Assembly: GCA_964019335.1 (NCBI GenBank)
Contig: OZ025727.1
Span: forward strand, 310,001-374,000
DNA: 64,000 nucleotides
Reading direction: 5' to 3'
From: Diplonema japonicum
Taxonomy: Eukaryota; Protista; Euglenozoa: Diplonemea
A program made the translations under genes and the position numbers. The notes beneath the pieces were generated by a model that saw only the letters and a program-made list of their open reading frames with translations, searched no databases and had not been told where the DNA came from. Shown here piece by piece: positions 23,244 through 34,035 of this stretch. The number at the start of each line of letters is the position of its first letter. Within the stretch, counting starts at the first letter, position 1.

Positions 23244-23927
23244 ATGGAATTTCAGCGAAAACCGCCAAAAATATGGAAAACAAAAGAAGACAAGGAGTCC
23301 ATGAAGAGGCTCATCATAGTGCTGGAGAGATGTTGGCTTGAGACAGCGAAGGTAGGGGACCATTACGCCCTCCTGAACGGAGATGATCACCATAGATTCC
23401 TCACTAAATACGGTAAGGACTTTGCAGACTACAGGCCGGATATACCTCACCAGTGCCTTATGACATTGCTAGACTCCCCCTTAAACAGGGCGGGGCTGCT
23501 CCAACTGTTTCTTTGCACGGAAGACGGTGTTCTTATAGAGGTCGACCCTAGGACCAGAGCACCCAGGACTATGAGGCAGTTCCAGAGATTTGTCATTCAG
23601 TTGTTGCATAAATTTAAAATTCGAGCAGATGGGGCCAACCAGACTCTCTTCAAAGTTATCAAAAAGCCTGTTACAATGCACCTCCCTGCCAACTGCAAGA
23701 AGATCGGGACCTCGAAGGAGGGTGAGAAGGTGGATATTTTCGAGTATGTGAAGGACCTCCCCAGTGATGGGCCTACTTGCTTCGTGTTCGGCGGGCTCGC
23801 CCGTGGCCACGTCAATGTAGACTACATTACGGACACCATTTCGTTCTCCCCGCACCCCCTCTCCGCCTCCGTAGCCCTTGGCAAACTGCTCGATGCCTTT
23901 GAGTGCAAGTGGAACGTCGACCCCTGA
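23244..23927 (+). CDS. EMG1: 18S rRNA pseudouridine N1-methyltransferase Nep1/EMG1 (SPOUT family)
   Basis: RLIIVLE..LE, LLN.DDH, YRPDI.HQCL..LLDSPLNRAG.LQ, LIEV.P.TR.PRT, YITD.ISFS..PLSAS. Confidence 0.95.
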   Translation: MEFQRKPPKIWKTKEDKESMKRLIIVLERCWLETAKVGDHYALLNGDDHHRFLTKYGKDFADYRPDIPHQCLMTLLDSPLNRAGLLQLFLCTEDGVLIEVDPRTRAPRTMRQFQRFVIQLLHKFKIRADGANQTLFKVIKKPVTMHLPANCKKIGTSKEGEKVDIFEYVKDLPSDGPTCFVFGGLARGHVNVDYITDTISFSPHPLSASVALGKLLDAFECKWNVDP

Positions 23928-23967
23928 AAATAAAAAGAAATTTTTAAAAAAAAAAAAAAATATCAGT

Positions 23968-24005
<38 letters not shown>

Positions 24006-24014
24006 CTCTCATAT

Positions 24015-25672
24015 CATAGCCTGCACGTTATACCGATACCAATCGGGTATTTTAATCGGTTCGGGTATTTAAATAGTGCAAAATTGGCCTGGGCACGCCG
24101 AGGTCCTCTATACCCGCAGATGTCGAGATGGGGTCCAGAAACACAAAATATGATTTTTGGAGACCATGAACATGGGTAACTTAACATCCGAAGCCCACCC
24201 CAATTTTGGCGAATTTTGGGTGCGTTATTTTTATGTTATTTTATGTTATTTTAATCGGTGAAAATTTGGAGAATGACAAGACGCTGTTTCAAGAGTGCAA
24301 CAGGGAGGGATGAGAGACTAAAAGAGAGCTAGAGAGGTACTTGTGGGTGTTTGGAAGGCATGGCTACCCCCAGAAGAGTCAGTGGGACTCCAGACGATGC
24401 ATGAGATGCATGAGGGAGCAGCGCTTTGTTCGCTGCATCGTAAGCAGAGGGTAAAAGCCTGTTCTTACAACACGAGCAGTCCTTGGTGGCAGGAACGTCT
24501 GGAGACAAGGACTCTCTTTAGTGCTGGTGCGGATATTCCAGAGAAAACTAACGAAATGCACGAGGATTATTTTCCAGAAAAGTTAGTTTCCCCCTTTTAG
24601 TGGTGGTTCCTGGGTCATTTCTGAAGCCGTACGTGGGGAAACCTTGACGGGGGTGGAGGCCCACCCTACGCGTGGCGCCGGTTAGCATCGCCCTCAATGG
24701 AGAGTCCCTTATCCCAATAAATAGAACAAGGAGGTGGCTTCACCAGGTGGCAAGTAGCCTCTCCGCGGCCTTGTGCCAGTGAAGCAAGCCTCCCACAACT
24801 CCCCAGTTGGTGTTTAATTGCTTCTGTGGCTCCTCCCTTTTTGAAAAACCTTCTTTACCTCTCCGCTTTTACTTTCTACGGGACCACAGGGGACTTGGGA
24901 GGCTTCGGGGCGAAGTTTCACAAGGGTGGCCGCTGTGTCACATACCGCATGGCACTAAAATTGAGACTACCTTTTTACCAGTTTCCCTCCCTTCATGTTT
25001 TAAATTTTAATTAGGAGCGACATCAAAAGTCAATGAAATTAAAATGGGAGGCGAGCATTGAAACCATACTCATTACAACCCTTCTATTCGTCTCCCGTGG
25101 GCCCCAGATACACAAAGCCGACCCACTAGAGTTTCGAAACGACATAGAAAAGGATTATTTTCCAGAAAAGCAATGTTGAACACATTCTTTCTGGACGGAT
25201 TCATATCATATCATACATGGGTTTTTTTTTTTTTGCCTGAAATATGGGTAAAGAATCGACCCCCAATATTGATTACAAGTCCTAAAACCCAATTTTCTCA
25301 AAACTGCATTTAAAGCCTTAAATAGGACTCTATTTTGGGTTTTGGAGGTCGGAATGGGCTCAGATCGTCAAAATAGGGTTTTTGAAAAAAAAAGAATTGA
25401 AAATGGTCTTGGTAAAAATGCAACATCGATCATCCATTGAATAAAATAACGTTATTCCGAATAAAATAACGTTATTTTAATATTTGCACGAAATTAAATA
25501 ACGTTATTTTAATATTTCACCGATTAAAATAACGTTATTTAATTCGATTTCGTTAAAATAACGGGTACGTAACAAGATTATTGGCCCTTTTTTGCGTTAT
25601 GGTATTTGATACCGGGTATTTTAAAATATCAATTTGATAACGTTATGCTTGCGTTATAACGTGCAGGCTATG
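24015..25672. mobile_element. Non-autonomous CATAG-TIR DNA transposon (1.66 kb)
   Basis: Perfect 18-bp TIR CATAGCCTGCACGTTATA / TATAACGTGCAGGCTATG; TCATAT on both sides (24009-24014, 25673-25678); about 25050-25125 matches the interior of the 20163 MITE on the opposite strand. Confidence 0.85.
25441..25565. repeat. Subterminal array of palindromic AAATAACGTTATT motifs (four full, one partial)
   Basis: Read directly; lies inside the 24015-25672 element. Confidence 0.85.
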
Positions 25673-25805
25673 TCATATACTTTTCTTTATCAATATCAAA
25701 TGAACTTTTTTTTTTTTTATTCTTTTTCTTTTTTTTTTTTTCTTCATCCCCTCAAAAAAAAAAAGAAAAAATATTTTTTAGAGCAAAAAAAAAAAAGAAA
25801 AAAAA

Positions 25806-26915
25806 ATGTCCCGCCAGTCAGGAGCATGGAAGACCCCTGATGGTAAGGTTGAATGGTTGGCCGACGTAAAGGACGGGGTGTACCCGAACGTCCCGACGAC
25901 AGGTGAGAGGGTGAAGGGAAAGGTGACGAAGGAAGAGGGGCATCCTTTCGGCGGGGGCCCTAGTGTGAAGGAGTGGGGCGATAAGCACGGCGTCAGCGAG
26001 CAGATGGTGAACTTCGTAAAGAAGTGCGGGGCCTGCGGGAAGCCCAACGCGAAAACACTGCCATGCTGCAACGCTTGCGGCTCCAGCCTCAAGGAGACGG
26101 CAGTCACAACAACACCAAACCTCTTCACATGCATAGTCTACGGTTACGACGCCGTGGGCCTATCCCTAAGACACCAGGACGAAGACCTACTAGTAATCGA
26201 TGATCTCCTGGCACTGTCCCCATGCCATTTGAACTCTATCTGGGCAAAGGACTGGATACCCGATGCAAGATACCTCTTTCGCAACCCTGTGGCCGGCCTC
26301 AAAATAGCCGAGAAAATGTTCGCAGCATGTGAAAAAGCCTACAAGGAACAGTTCGTCTCAAATGAGGGCTTTATGAAATCCTACGTTAAGAACGCACCGG
26401 AGAACCCTATGGACCTCATCGCATGCGGGTTCAACACACCTCCGTCGCAGTACCAGCTTCACTTGCAGTTTGTTATGATGCCTTTGCTTCCGTTCCAAGC
26501 TGGGCAAATGCTCAAGGGGGTACATTTTACAAAGTACAGGTTTTGTCCTATTGGGTACATCCTTGAGTCGCTGCAGGTAGCAGGGCAGGCTGGACTGAAG
26601 ATGGACATCACTCTCGACACGACTATGGAGAGCATTATCGAGAAAATGGACGCTGCTGGTGTGTCATATGAAAAGCATTGGGAAAAGGCCTTCGGGGAGT
26701 ACCAGAACGCGCAGAATTCTCACGGCAACTGGGACCCGACCGCGTTTGCTTCCGCTTCTGGCATCCTTGACGACGAGGCTGTGAAGAAACTCGAGACATC
26801 CGACAAGCTCGCCCTCCAGTCCTACGGACGGCCATACGCTGATGGCAAGCCGTGTGTGTCCAACCACTACAAGTTTGCAAAGACCCCTGGCACGGTCAAG
26901 GAATTCGGTGTTTAG
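25806..26915 (+). CDS. Zn-ribbon + HIT-superfamily (DcpS-C/aprataxin-like) protein with a non-canonical triad
   Basis: CGACG...CNACG; LLVIDDLLALSPCHL; GFNTPPSQYQLHLQF. Confidence 0.65.
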   Translation: MSRQSGAWKTPDGKVEWLADVKDGVYPNVPTTGERVKGKVTKEEGHPFGGGPSVKEWGDKHGVSEQMVNFVKKCGACGKPNAKTLPCCNACGSSLKETAVTTTPNLFTCIVYGYDAVGLSLRHQDEDLLVIDDLLALSPCHLNSIWAKDWIPDARYLFRNPVAGLKIAEKMFAACEKAYKEQFVSNEGFMKSYVKNAPENPMDLIACGFNTPPSQYQLHLQFVMMPLLPFQAGQMLKGVHFTKYRFCPIGYILESLQVAGQAGLKMDITLDTTMESIIEKMDAAGVSYEKHWEKAFGEYQNAQNSHGNWDPTAFASASGILDDEAVKKLETSDKLALQSYGRPYADGKPCVSNHYKFAKTPGTVKEFGV

Positions 26916-26954
26916 GATTTTAATAGTTGTTGTTTCTTTTTTTTCTTTTATTGG

Positions 26955-28921
26955 AGGAACGAACGGGAGCGGAGACTCTGTCGTATGCGGACGACGCATA
27001 CCTGTTGCGAAACTAGCAGAAGTACTACAAAAAGCCACGGACAGTGCATCCGCATTCTGCGACATAGTTGGCATGGAGCTCAACACGAAGAAGTCCGAAG
27101 TGTTCGCAGCAGGAGGGAAGGCATCAGGGATAGAGGCAGCAGGAAGGCAGCTGCGGTCTACGAACAAGATCAAGATACTGGGGGCGAGGATACGCACGGA
27201 TGGTCAGACGCAGACGGACAACATCAGGGCCAGGGCGGCGGGCGACACGCTGCGGAGGCTCGCGACCACTCAGCTCTCTTTCTGGCAGAAAGCGGAAGTC
27301 CTGAGAACGACGGTGCTGTCTGTATGATGTTGCATTCGCGCCGCCGTCGGAAGGATACCTCAAATCGCTCACATCAACCGCGACATACGCCTTGTGGGAC
27401 CGAGGTACAGAACAAGATCACCAGCGGCGGTGCTGTCAAACCTGTTCAGCGGACACACACACGACCCAGAGGTAGCAGCGCCCTACAGAGCACTAGCAGC
27501 CATATACAGAACGAGACGAAAAATGGGAGAGGTGTGGGAGCGGTGCCAGAGACTTGCCAAAGGGTACCAAGACCCGACAAGAACGACACCTTTGGGCCCG
27601 ATAGGCAACGCGATGAAGCGGTGGCTCCCGAAGATCAGCACAAACTGGGGGCAGTTCACCGAAATGCTAGCTGAGAACAAGGACAAATTCGCACATATAG
27701 TGCGAGAAAAGCTAAGGTCGGGACGTGCGGAACACATACAGGACAGAAGACGCTCGATGGAGGGGTTAGACCGGGGCGCAGACCCACGCACGAACGACCT
27801 GTGGCGAGAGCTGATGAGACTCGGACCACAAGGAGCAATGGCAGCGAGAGACCTCCGGAGGATCGTGGCGGGAGGGGTTTTCTACGTCCACCCAAAGGCG
27901 TGGTACCAGGACAACATTACCAGACGGGTACCACCCAGAGGGCGAGCAGAGCGAAAGCGAGGACAGCTCGGAAGAGGAAGGGGACGAGACACACGAGCGT
28001 GTGAACAAGAGACCAACAACAGACGAGGTCACATGCGACGCGTGCGGTGCGGAGGAGGACGAGAGCAACATGCTGCGACACGCATTATGGGAATGCAGTG
28101 TGGCGAAGGAGGTGCAACAGAAGGAAGTACATGCAGAAGTAGTGGCCAACAAGACGGAAATGCCAATCTGCATGCAGCTACATGGAACGCTCCCGCGTGG
28201 TCACCGATCACACCAACACCGGCTGAGGAAGACGCAGTACTACCTGCTGGAAGTGGTGGCAAAACGAGACCAGCTTCTCCAGGACAAGAGAATGCTAGAA
28301 ACGTACACGACCCACCCCTGGGAACAGATAACGGAAGGAAACGCTCATGCGCCACCTGAATGGAAGGAGCTGAGGAAGCATGTGAGCGGGAGCCTGATGA
28401 TGAAGCACGGTGAAGACATCGTCAAGTGGCTCAGAAAGCTGAAGTGGTACGATGGACCGAGGACGACAGTCACCACAATGGAACTCGTACTAGACTTCGA
28501 GAACACGCTGGGCGTCGAGCCGATCACGGGGAAGAAGGGTGATCTAGACATGATACAGAAGAAAGCGCGGAGTTTCCACGGCCTCCTGGAAAGAATCCAA
28601 GAGGGGTGGGACACAGCACGCATACAGAAGAAGGTCAGAGGCAAGCGGATCTTCCCAGCGGAGAGCCAGAAGAACCACGCGCTTAGAACCATAGGTGCGA
28701 AGAAGAATCTGGGATGGAACAGAAGGCCAGTTTTTGCATCAGAGAAAACCAAGAAGGACCTTAAGACTGGGCAGAAAGTGGCAAGAAGAAAGGGAGGATA
28801 CTTTGAGAAAGGCAACACAGCCAAAAAAGAAAGAAAGGCCGATGCCCCAGAAGGGAGAAAGGGGTAGATAAGTAGAGACAAGGGGGACGTTCCAAAACAG
28901 GAACCTCCTTTATCTCATCTC
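26955..28921 (+). mobile_element. 5'-truncated non-LTR retrotransposon (family B): end of RT, CCHC finger, C-terminal domain; frameshifted
   Basis: YADD at 26984-26995; GMELNTKKS; IKILG; CDACG..E...HALWEC; GWNRRPVFA; TSD 26933-26954 / 28922-28945. Confidence 0.9.
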
Positions 28922-28940
28922 TTTCTTTTTATTTCTTTTT

Positions 28941-29163
28941 ATTGGTTTCTCCAGGAGGCCTATTTTCGCCACCCGCTCCACGCACGACAAGCTAATGGAA
29001 TTGAAAGCCGACTACAAGCGGGACCGCATCACACGACTCTCCGCAGACGCTCAGGGCCTCAATCGGGATGAAAGCAATGCTCCAGAAGGGGAGTATTAAC
29101 AGATAGACCCCCCCCCCTCCCATAGGGCGGCCCTCTAGCGGGGGGCTTGTCCTGTACTTTGAG
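28941..29163 (+). mobile_element. 3'-end fragment of non-LTR family C (same family as 58421-63664)
   Basis: Aligns to 63443-63664, including the terminal hairpin and CTTTGAG followed by a T-tract. Confidence 0.9.
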
Positions 29164-29506
29164 TTTTTTTTTTTCTTGAACTATTATTAACTTTACCTCC
29201 TTTTTCTTCTTTTTTTTTTTCCCTCTTTTTTTTTTTTCAAAAAAAAAAAAGCCATTTTCTAACCTATACTGGACGGAGAAAAAAAAAAAAGAAACGGGAA
29301 CGAGAAAAAAAAAAGAAATGATTAAAACGAGTGTAGTGTAAGGGTTACACGGTTGGGGGGGGTTTTTTTTCTTAGCGAAAAAGTCAATATTTCTTTCATT
29401 CTTTCAAAAACTAGTTTTGGTCCCCCCCCTCCCCCTCTCTCTCTCTCTCTCTCTACCCCTTTCCATCGTACTTTTCTTCTTTCGAAAAAAAAAAACTTCA
29501 TGCAGA

Positions 29507-31933
29507 ATGCGTCCCCATGCGAGCATAAAGCTAGTAAACATCTCATTCGCGCTGTTCAGCATTGTCATTTCAGCAGGGCTTGCAACCTTTCTCGCGACAA
29601 TAAGTGGTGATCAAGCTCTGTCCGACTGCCAAGCTCTGGTGGATGACTCGGTCGAGAAATGCTTCGAATCCGGCAAATCCACCACCATCAAGGGCACGGA
29701 GGAATACCTACGTCTGCTGATGAAAACTACGGTCGCTTTCATCGAAAACTTTGTGGAACCGCACACCGCCACGGCGGTTAGTATCGCGGGTGAGTTGATG
29801 ACCAGCCCTTGGGATGATATAAAACGATTTGAGTGGCATCGTCTGGAGAGGTACTGGTGGGAGTTCAACACATCAATAGCCTCGGGCAACACTGCACTAG
29901 GGTTGTTCCTCTCAAACGGACTGACCTTGTATTACATAGAAAACGAAAACACGATGAACCGCTCGAAAAATGAATTCCACGACTTATCTCTCCTCATGAA
30001 CTATGGCAACGGCCATCCCTGGGGCGGGGAAAACCGCACGTTCTACACAAGCGCCGAATCTGGAACTGGTAGACCTGCTGGGGTTGTGAACCCTTTGTTA
30101 GACGTCAATTGGGACCCATTGGCAGAGTGTGAAGACTATTCTCATAGAACAGACGGGGCCGTTCACGACGACCCGTGCGTTGTCATGCTAGATGTGTCCA
30201 TGTGGTTACGCTCACTGGTTTTAACAGACAAACCCTTCACTGGTGTTCTCTTGACACCACCTGTATCTTTCGGCCCGTTCGTAACCACAAATACCGTTGC
30301 GCCTATTTTCCACGGTGGGATTCGAACCGGTTACGTTATATTGTGCTCCGACCTCCGGCAGATCAGTCGGTTTTTACAGGAAATCGATCCTCAAAGCAAG
30401 TTTGGAAGGACGTTCATCACCGTCCGAGGGTGGATAGAACCAGGCTACGATGGTTATCTTGTCGCGGCTTCCCACGGGAACTTCTTCCTTCAAAACCGGG
30501 AGAACATGAACGGCCCCTATAAGGGAGCCACATTGATCACCCCTAGAAACAGCACGGACGCTATCATTCGACTGATTGGCGCAAAGATACTGGATTTGAA
30601 CTTGAATTCCATCGCCACATCGGAAATGATCGTGCCGCTTGACCTGGATGGAGTTGATTTTTTCTACAATGTCGCGTTCTTGAAAAACAATTACGGGTTG
30701 GACTGGTTTGTCCATGTAGTTATAGATCGCGAGTACATCTTGGGTACTTTCGACAAGACGGTCATCGCCACACAAGAGACGATCAGGGCAGCTGAAGAAA
30801 CAACAGACAGACAGCTTCGCCGCAATCGCTCACTTCATGCAGTCGCGGTTGTCGTACTGACAGCAGTCATGATCGTAGTTTCCGTGGTGTTCACTATAAA
30901 GGTCATCGAACCATTCATCATACTCGAGAAGGAAATGGCGATGGTTGCGGTTATGAAGCTTGAGAGCGTTGACACGGACAGGCCGTTGAGCGCCCTGCAG
31001 GAGGTTCGCAAGATGCAGATCAGCTTTTTGTCAATGATGGAGAACTTAATCGAGTACCGCAACTACATGCCGGCTTCGGTGCTTCATGACGATGAAGCCG
31101 GGCCCGACGTTGTTCCCGTGCTCGAGACGTCGATGCGACGCAGTGTGCACGGTGTTGAGGCGAACGTCAAAAGGCTCACGCTGTTAACCTGCAACATGTT
31201 GTCATTCCTCTCAGTCGACCCACCAACACTCATCTTAGAGCGTCTTACCCACTACCTAGCAGTCTCCCTGTCCCACGTCATGTCGTCAAAGGGCATCCCT
31301 GACGGGTTCAACGGTGACCGGCTGTACGCTTCATGGAACGGTGCAAAAAGCTGCTGCTCGCACAGAACCGCAGCCTACACGTGCTCCCGGGGTATCACAC
31401 AGGAACCTCATATTGGAGGGTTTTCAATAGGGCTTGTGTCAGGCGAGGTGCGATGCGGGAACATGGGCTGTGATGGTATGAAGAAGTACACGTTCATAGG
31501 ATCCCTCGCCTCCTGGGTGCACATTGTGGAACGGGTGGGGAGGACGCGAGGATCGGACATTGCCATTGACCAAAATGTGCACGATGAGGTGTCGGGCATT
31601 GCCTTTACAAGGTATTTGCAACATGTGTACTTCCCAAAGCACGCGGACCACACCCTCATGGTGTACGAAGCGATGGATGAGAAGAAAGTACGCGAAGCGG
31701 AGTGGATGTATCAGCTTGCCGAAGGAGAGAACCAGAACCCCCACTGCGCCTTCAACGAAAGCTACAGGTTCTTCATGAAACGCGACATAGAAGGCGCGAT
31801 CCTTGCTCTGCAGAACTACCACGATGACAGCCGGGTGACGCAGAGGTATAAAGACAGGCTGTCGCAAGCCCTTATAAAAGGCACGGCGGAGTTTTGCGAC
31901 CCTTATGGGACCTACGATCCCTTGGTGAGTTAG
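29507..31933 (+). CDS. Receptor-type class III nucleotide cyclase-like protein (TM - extracellular Cache-like - TM - HAMP-like - degenerate cyclase)
   Basis: ATG just after CAG; two TM helices; YGLDWFVHVVI; YRNYMP; GDRLYASWN; GEVRCGNMG...YTFIG; EWMYQL. Confidence 0.8.
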   Translation: MRPHASIKLVNISFALFSIVISAGLATFLATISGDQALSDCQALVDDSVEKCFESGKSTTIKGTEEYLRLLMKTTVAFIENFVEPHTATAVSIAGELMTSPWDDIKRFEWHRLERYWWEFNTSIASGNTALGLFLSNGLTLYYIENENTMNRSKNEFHDLSLLMNYGNGHPWGGENRTFYTSAESGTGRPAGVVNPLLDVNWDPLAECEDYSHRTDGAVHDDPCVVMLDVSMWLRSLVLTDKPFTGVLLTPPVSFGPFVTTNTVAPIFHGGIRTGYVILCSDLRQISRFLQEIDPQSKFGRTFITVRGWIEPGYDGYLVAASHGNFFLQNRENMNGPYKGATLITPRNSTDAIIRLIGAKILDLNLNSIATSEMIVPLDLDGVDFFYNVAFLKNNYGLDWFVHVVIDREYILGTFDKTVIATQETIRAAEETTDRQLRRNRSLHAVAVVVLTAVMIVVSVVFTIKVIEPFIILEKEMAMVAVMKLESVDTDRPLSALQEVRKMQISFLSMMENLIEYRNYMPASVLHDDEAGPDVVPVLETSMRRSVHGVEANVKRLTLLTCNMLSFLSVDPPTLILERLTHYLAVSLSHVMSSKGIPDGFNGDRLYASWNGAKSCCSHRTAAYTCSRGITQEPHIGGFSIGLVSGEVRCGNMGCDGMKKYTFIGSLASWVHIVERVGRTRGSDIAIDQNVHDEVSGIAFTRYLQHVYFPKHADHTLMVYEAMDEKKVREAEWMYQLAEGENQNPHCAFNESYRFFMKRDIEGAILALQNYHDDSRVTQRYKDRLSQALIKGTAEFCDPYGTYDPLVS

Positions 31934-32054
31934 TTAGTTCCTTTTACAAGGAGTTCAGTTGCTAGTCTTTGGAAATGATAAATGCAAAACAGAAAATGAA
32001 CAAAAGGAAGGGGGTGAGGGGGGGGGTGAAAAAAGAGAGAACAAAGACATTTAA

Positions 32055-33686
32055 ATGATTCTATTCGGGTGCATATTCTCGCGAGGAGACGGCCCTGTGG
32101 AGGTGCTGAACAAGAAATTGTTTGCGATCTTGTACATTACAGTAATGGTTGCTTCTGGGTCAGTTATTGTACTAAATCGTGAGCAGCGCACGGACTTCTT
32201 CGTGAGCTGGTGTAACTTTCTTTCGGCTAGTACTGGTATGGCGTGCTTGGTGTTCACGAAGCGCCTTGACAGGATCATTGCTGAGGTGTATCTATACATT
32301 TTGACAATACTGTTGTTGTTCAGAAATTTTATTGCGGCTGCCTCTGGTGAGCCTACGGCCTTGTTCGTCGTTGTGGTCATTGTAGACCTGTGCTTGGTAA
32401 TACGCCTTGACAAGCGTGTTGCAATAGTCGTCCTGTCCCTCTCAATTGCGTCGATTGCGTTGAACAGTTTCGAGAGTGCAACACGTGTTGGTTTGTATGA
32501 CCAGGATTTCTTGGGTAAAACGCAGGAAGAGAAACGTGACAAGATTTGCGGGTGTACCCTTGTGCCATGCAAGTATGAAGCGAAGGTCGCCTTTGTCAGT
32601 TTTATCAGCCCCATGTTCGTCTTGCTCCTTGACTTCTATTTCACAAGAGGCTTCGCAGAAGACCTTCACAACGAGCATTCAAAGATGCGCCAGGTCATAC
32701 TTGCCGCCGAAAACATCGCCGCATGCCTGTCCTGCTTTGACCTCAGCCAGGCAGAAGCCATCATCGACTCGTCCAACCTTCCCCCGCCCCTCCGAGGTAC
32801 TTTTACCGATATTCTACTCAATCTCCACATGTACCGGCCTTACCTCCCTCAGTCCTGCTTCTTGTTCGATGAGGACGTGGATTCTACACTCACCACGGTC
32901 GAGAGCAGTTTAGTCGAGAATGCTACTCACAGAGACCTGATGATGATAGTAGAGAAGAAAAGGTGCACCTGTCTAATAAGTAATATGCTCGGCTCACACG
33001 ATCTTGCTCAAGAAATTGCGAAGTTCCAAGAAGTATACAGTAGTTTAACTAAGATCCTGCTTGAAGCCTGCACTACCCACGGAGGAGTGGTGGGTGTGGT
33101 CATGGGGGACCACATCCACGCTTCATTCAATGCAGTGAGGAAGTGCACAGCACATGCCAAAGGGGCAGTGGAGGCGGCACTTCGCATCAATTCGGCAACA
33201 AAAGCTGCCAGGTTTGAGGTAGTGACAGGTGTGTCCTCTGGGCAAGCATACTGTGGTCCATTTGGATGCACTGAGCTTCTGACAGTGGCAACGATAGGCC
33301 GAGCTTCTGTAGTAGCTTCTCTTTTGGAAACGTTTGGGAGGGTGAAGGGGCACAAGGTTGTGTGCAGCAGTTCGGTGTACAGCGACGTGTCGTATGCCTT
33401 TGTGATGCGCATCATCATCGGAAAGGTTCTGTACAAGGGAAGTACTGTTCTTGGGTACGAGGTGGAGGCACTGGCTGGGGATGTTAACGAGGAAGAGTGG
33501 ATGTACCAGATCAAGGGGAATGAGTGGGACATTTACAACGAGGCAGGGCGGCAGTACCTCACCGGGGATCTCATCGCCGCAAGGAAGATGCTCTTGTCCG
33601 CAATCGATTCACATGAGGTACGGAGCTACTGTAGCTCACTACAGCTTAGGTTGACCAATCCCCCAGATGAATTAGCTGTTTGGTGA
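32055..33686 (+). CDS. Multi-TM class III cyclase-like protein, paralog 1
   Basis: About 6 TM helices; YRPYLPQSCF; GGVVGVVMGDHIHASFN; GVSSGQAYCGPFG; EEEWMYQ. Confidence 0.85.
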   Translation: MILFGCIFSRGDGPVEVLNKKLFAILYITVMVASGSVIVLNREQRTDFFVSWCNFLSASTGMACLVFTKRLDRIIAEVYLYILTILLLFRNFIAAASGEPTALFVVVVIVDLCLVIRLDKRVAIVVLSLSIASIALNSFESATRVGLYDQDFLGKTQEEKRDKICGCTLVPCKYEAKVAFVSFISPMFVLLLDFYFTRGFAEDLHNEHSKMRQVILAAENIAACLSCFDLSQAEAIIDSSNLPPPLRGTFTDILLNLHMYRPYLPQSCFLFDEDVDSTLTTVESSLVENATHRDLMMIVEKKRCTCLISNMLGSHDLAQEIAKFQEVYSSLTKILLEACTTHGGVVGVVMGDHIHASFNAVRKCTAHAKGAVEAALRINSATKAARFEVVTGVSSGQAYCGPFGCTELLTVATIGRASVVASLLETFGRVKGHKVVCSSSVYSDVSYAFVMRIIIGKVLYKGSTVLGYEVEALAGDVNEEEWMYQIKGNEWDIYNEAGRQYLTGDLIAARKMLLSAIDSHEVRSYCSSLQLRLTNPPDELAVW

Positions 33687-34035
33687 AACTAGGTCTTCTA
33701 TTTCACTCGAGTTTTTGAATCAAAAAGTTGACAGTAACGAGAGTGAATTATGGCTCATTGACGATAAGCATGTCGTTTTACCCTGTCGTCATCTGAGCCA
33801 CTCGCTAATTAAATATGTTTAACTATGTAATATGTTTAACTAAATATGCAACTTACCATTTTCCAGGGTTCAGCCATTTCACCGGGCCATTTGTTGGGGG
33901 CAAAAGAAAAAGAAAATGACGAAAAAGGGGGTTTTTAAAAAGCCCTTTACAGAGCTTATAGCTTCTCATTGCCATATCCCCCCCTCCCCCCCGTACTAAT
34001 GCCTTCTTGAGTCATACAGGGATAAAGAGCATGCA

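Noticed and set aside
25441-25565. Palindromic repeats with variable spacers as a CRISPR or iteron array
   Set aside because: Repeats are about 13-16 bp, irregularly spaced, and subterminal in a TIR element.
26945-26954. CTTTTATTGG as an SL remnant at the family B 5' junction
   Set aside because: Explained as part of the target-site duplication.
28875-28930. Rho-independent terminators (hairpin + T-run)
   Set aside because: Eukaryotic locus; the hairpins are retroelement ends and the Ts are target sequence.
29152-29160. CTGTACTTT as an SL relic at the element 3' end
   Set aside because: Only 9 nt, and the sister copy reads CTGCACTTT.
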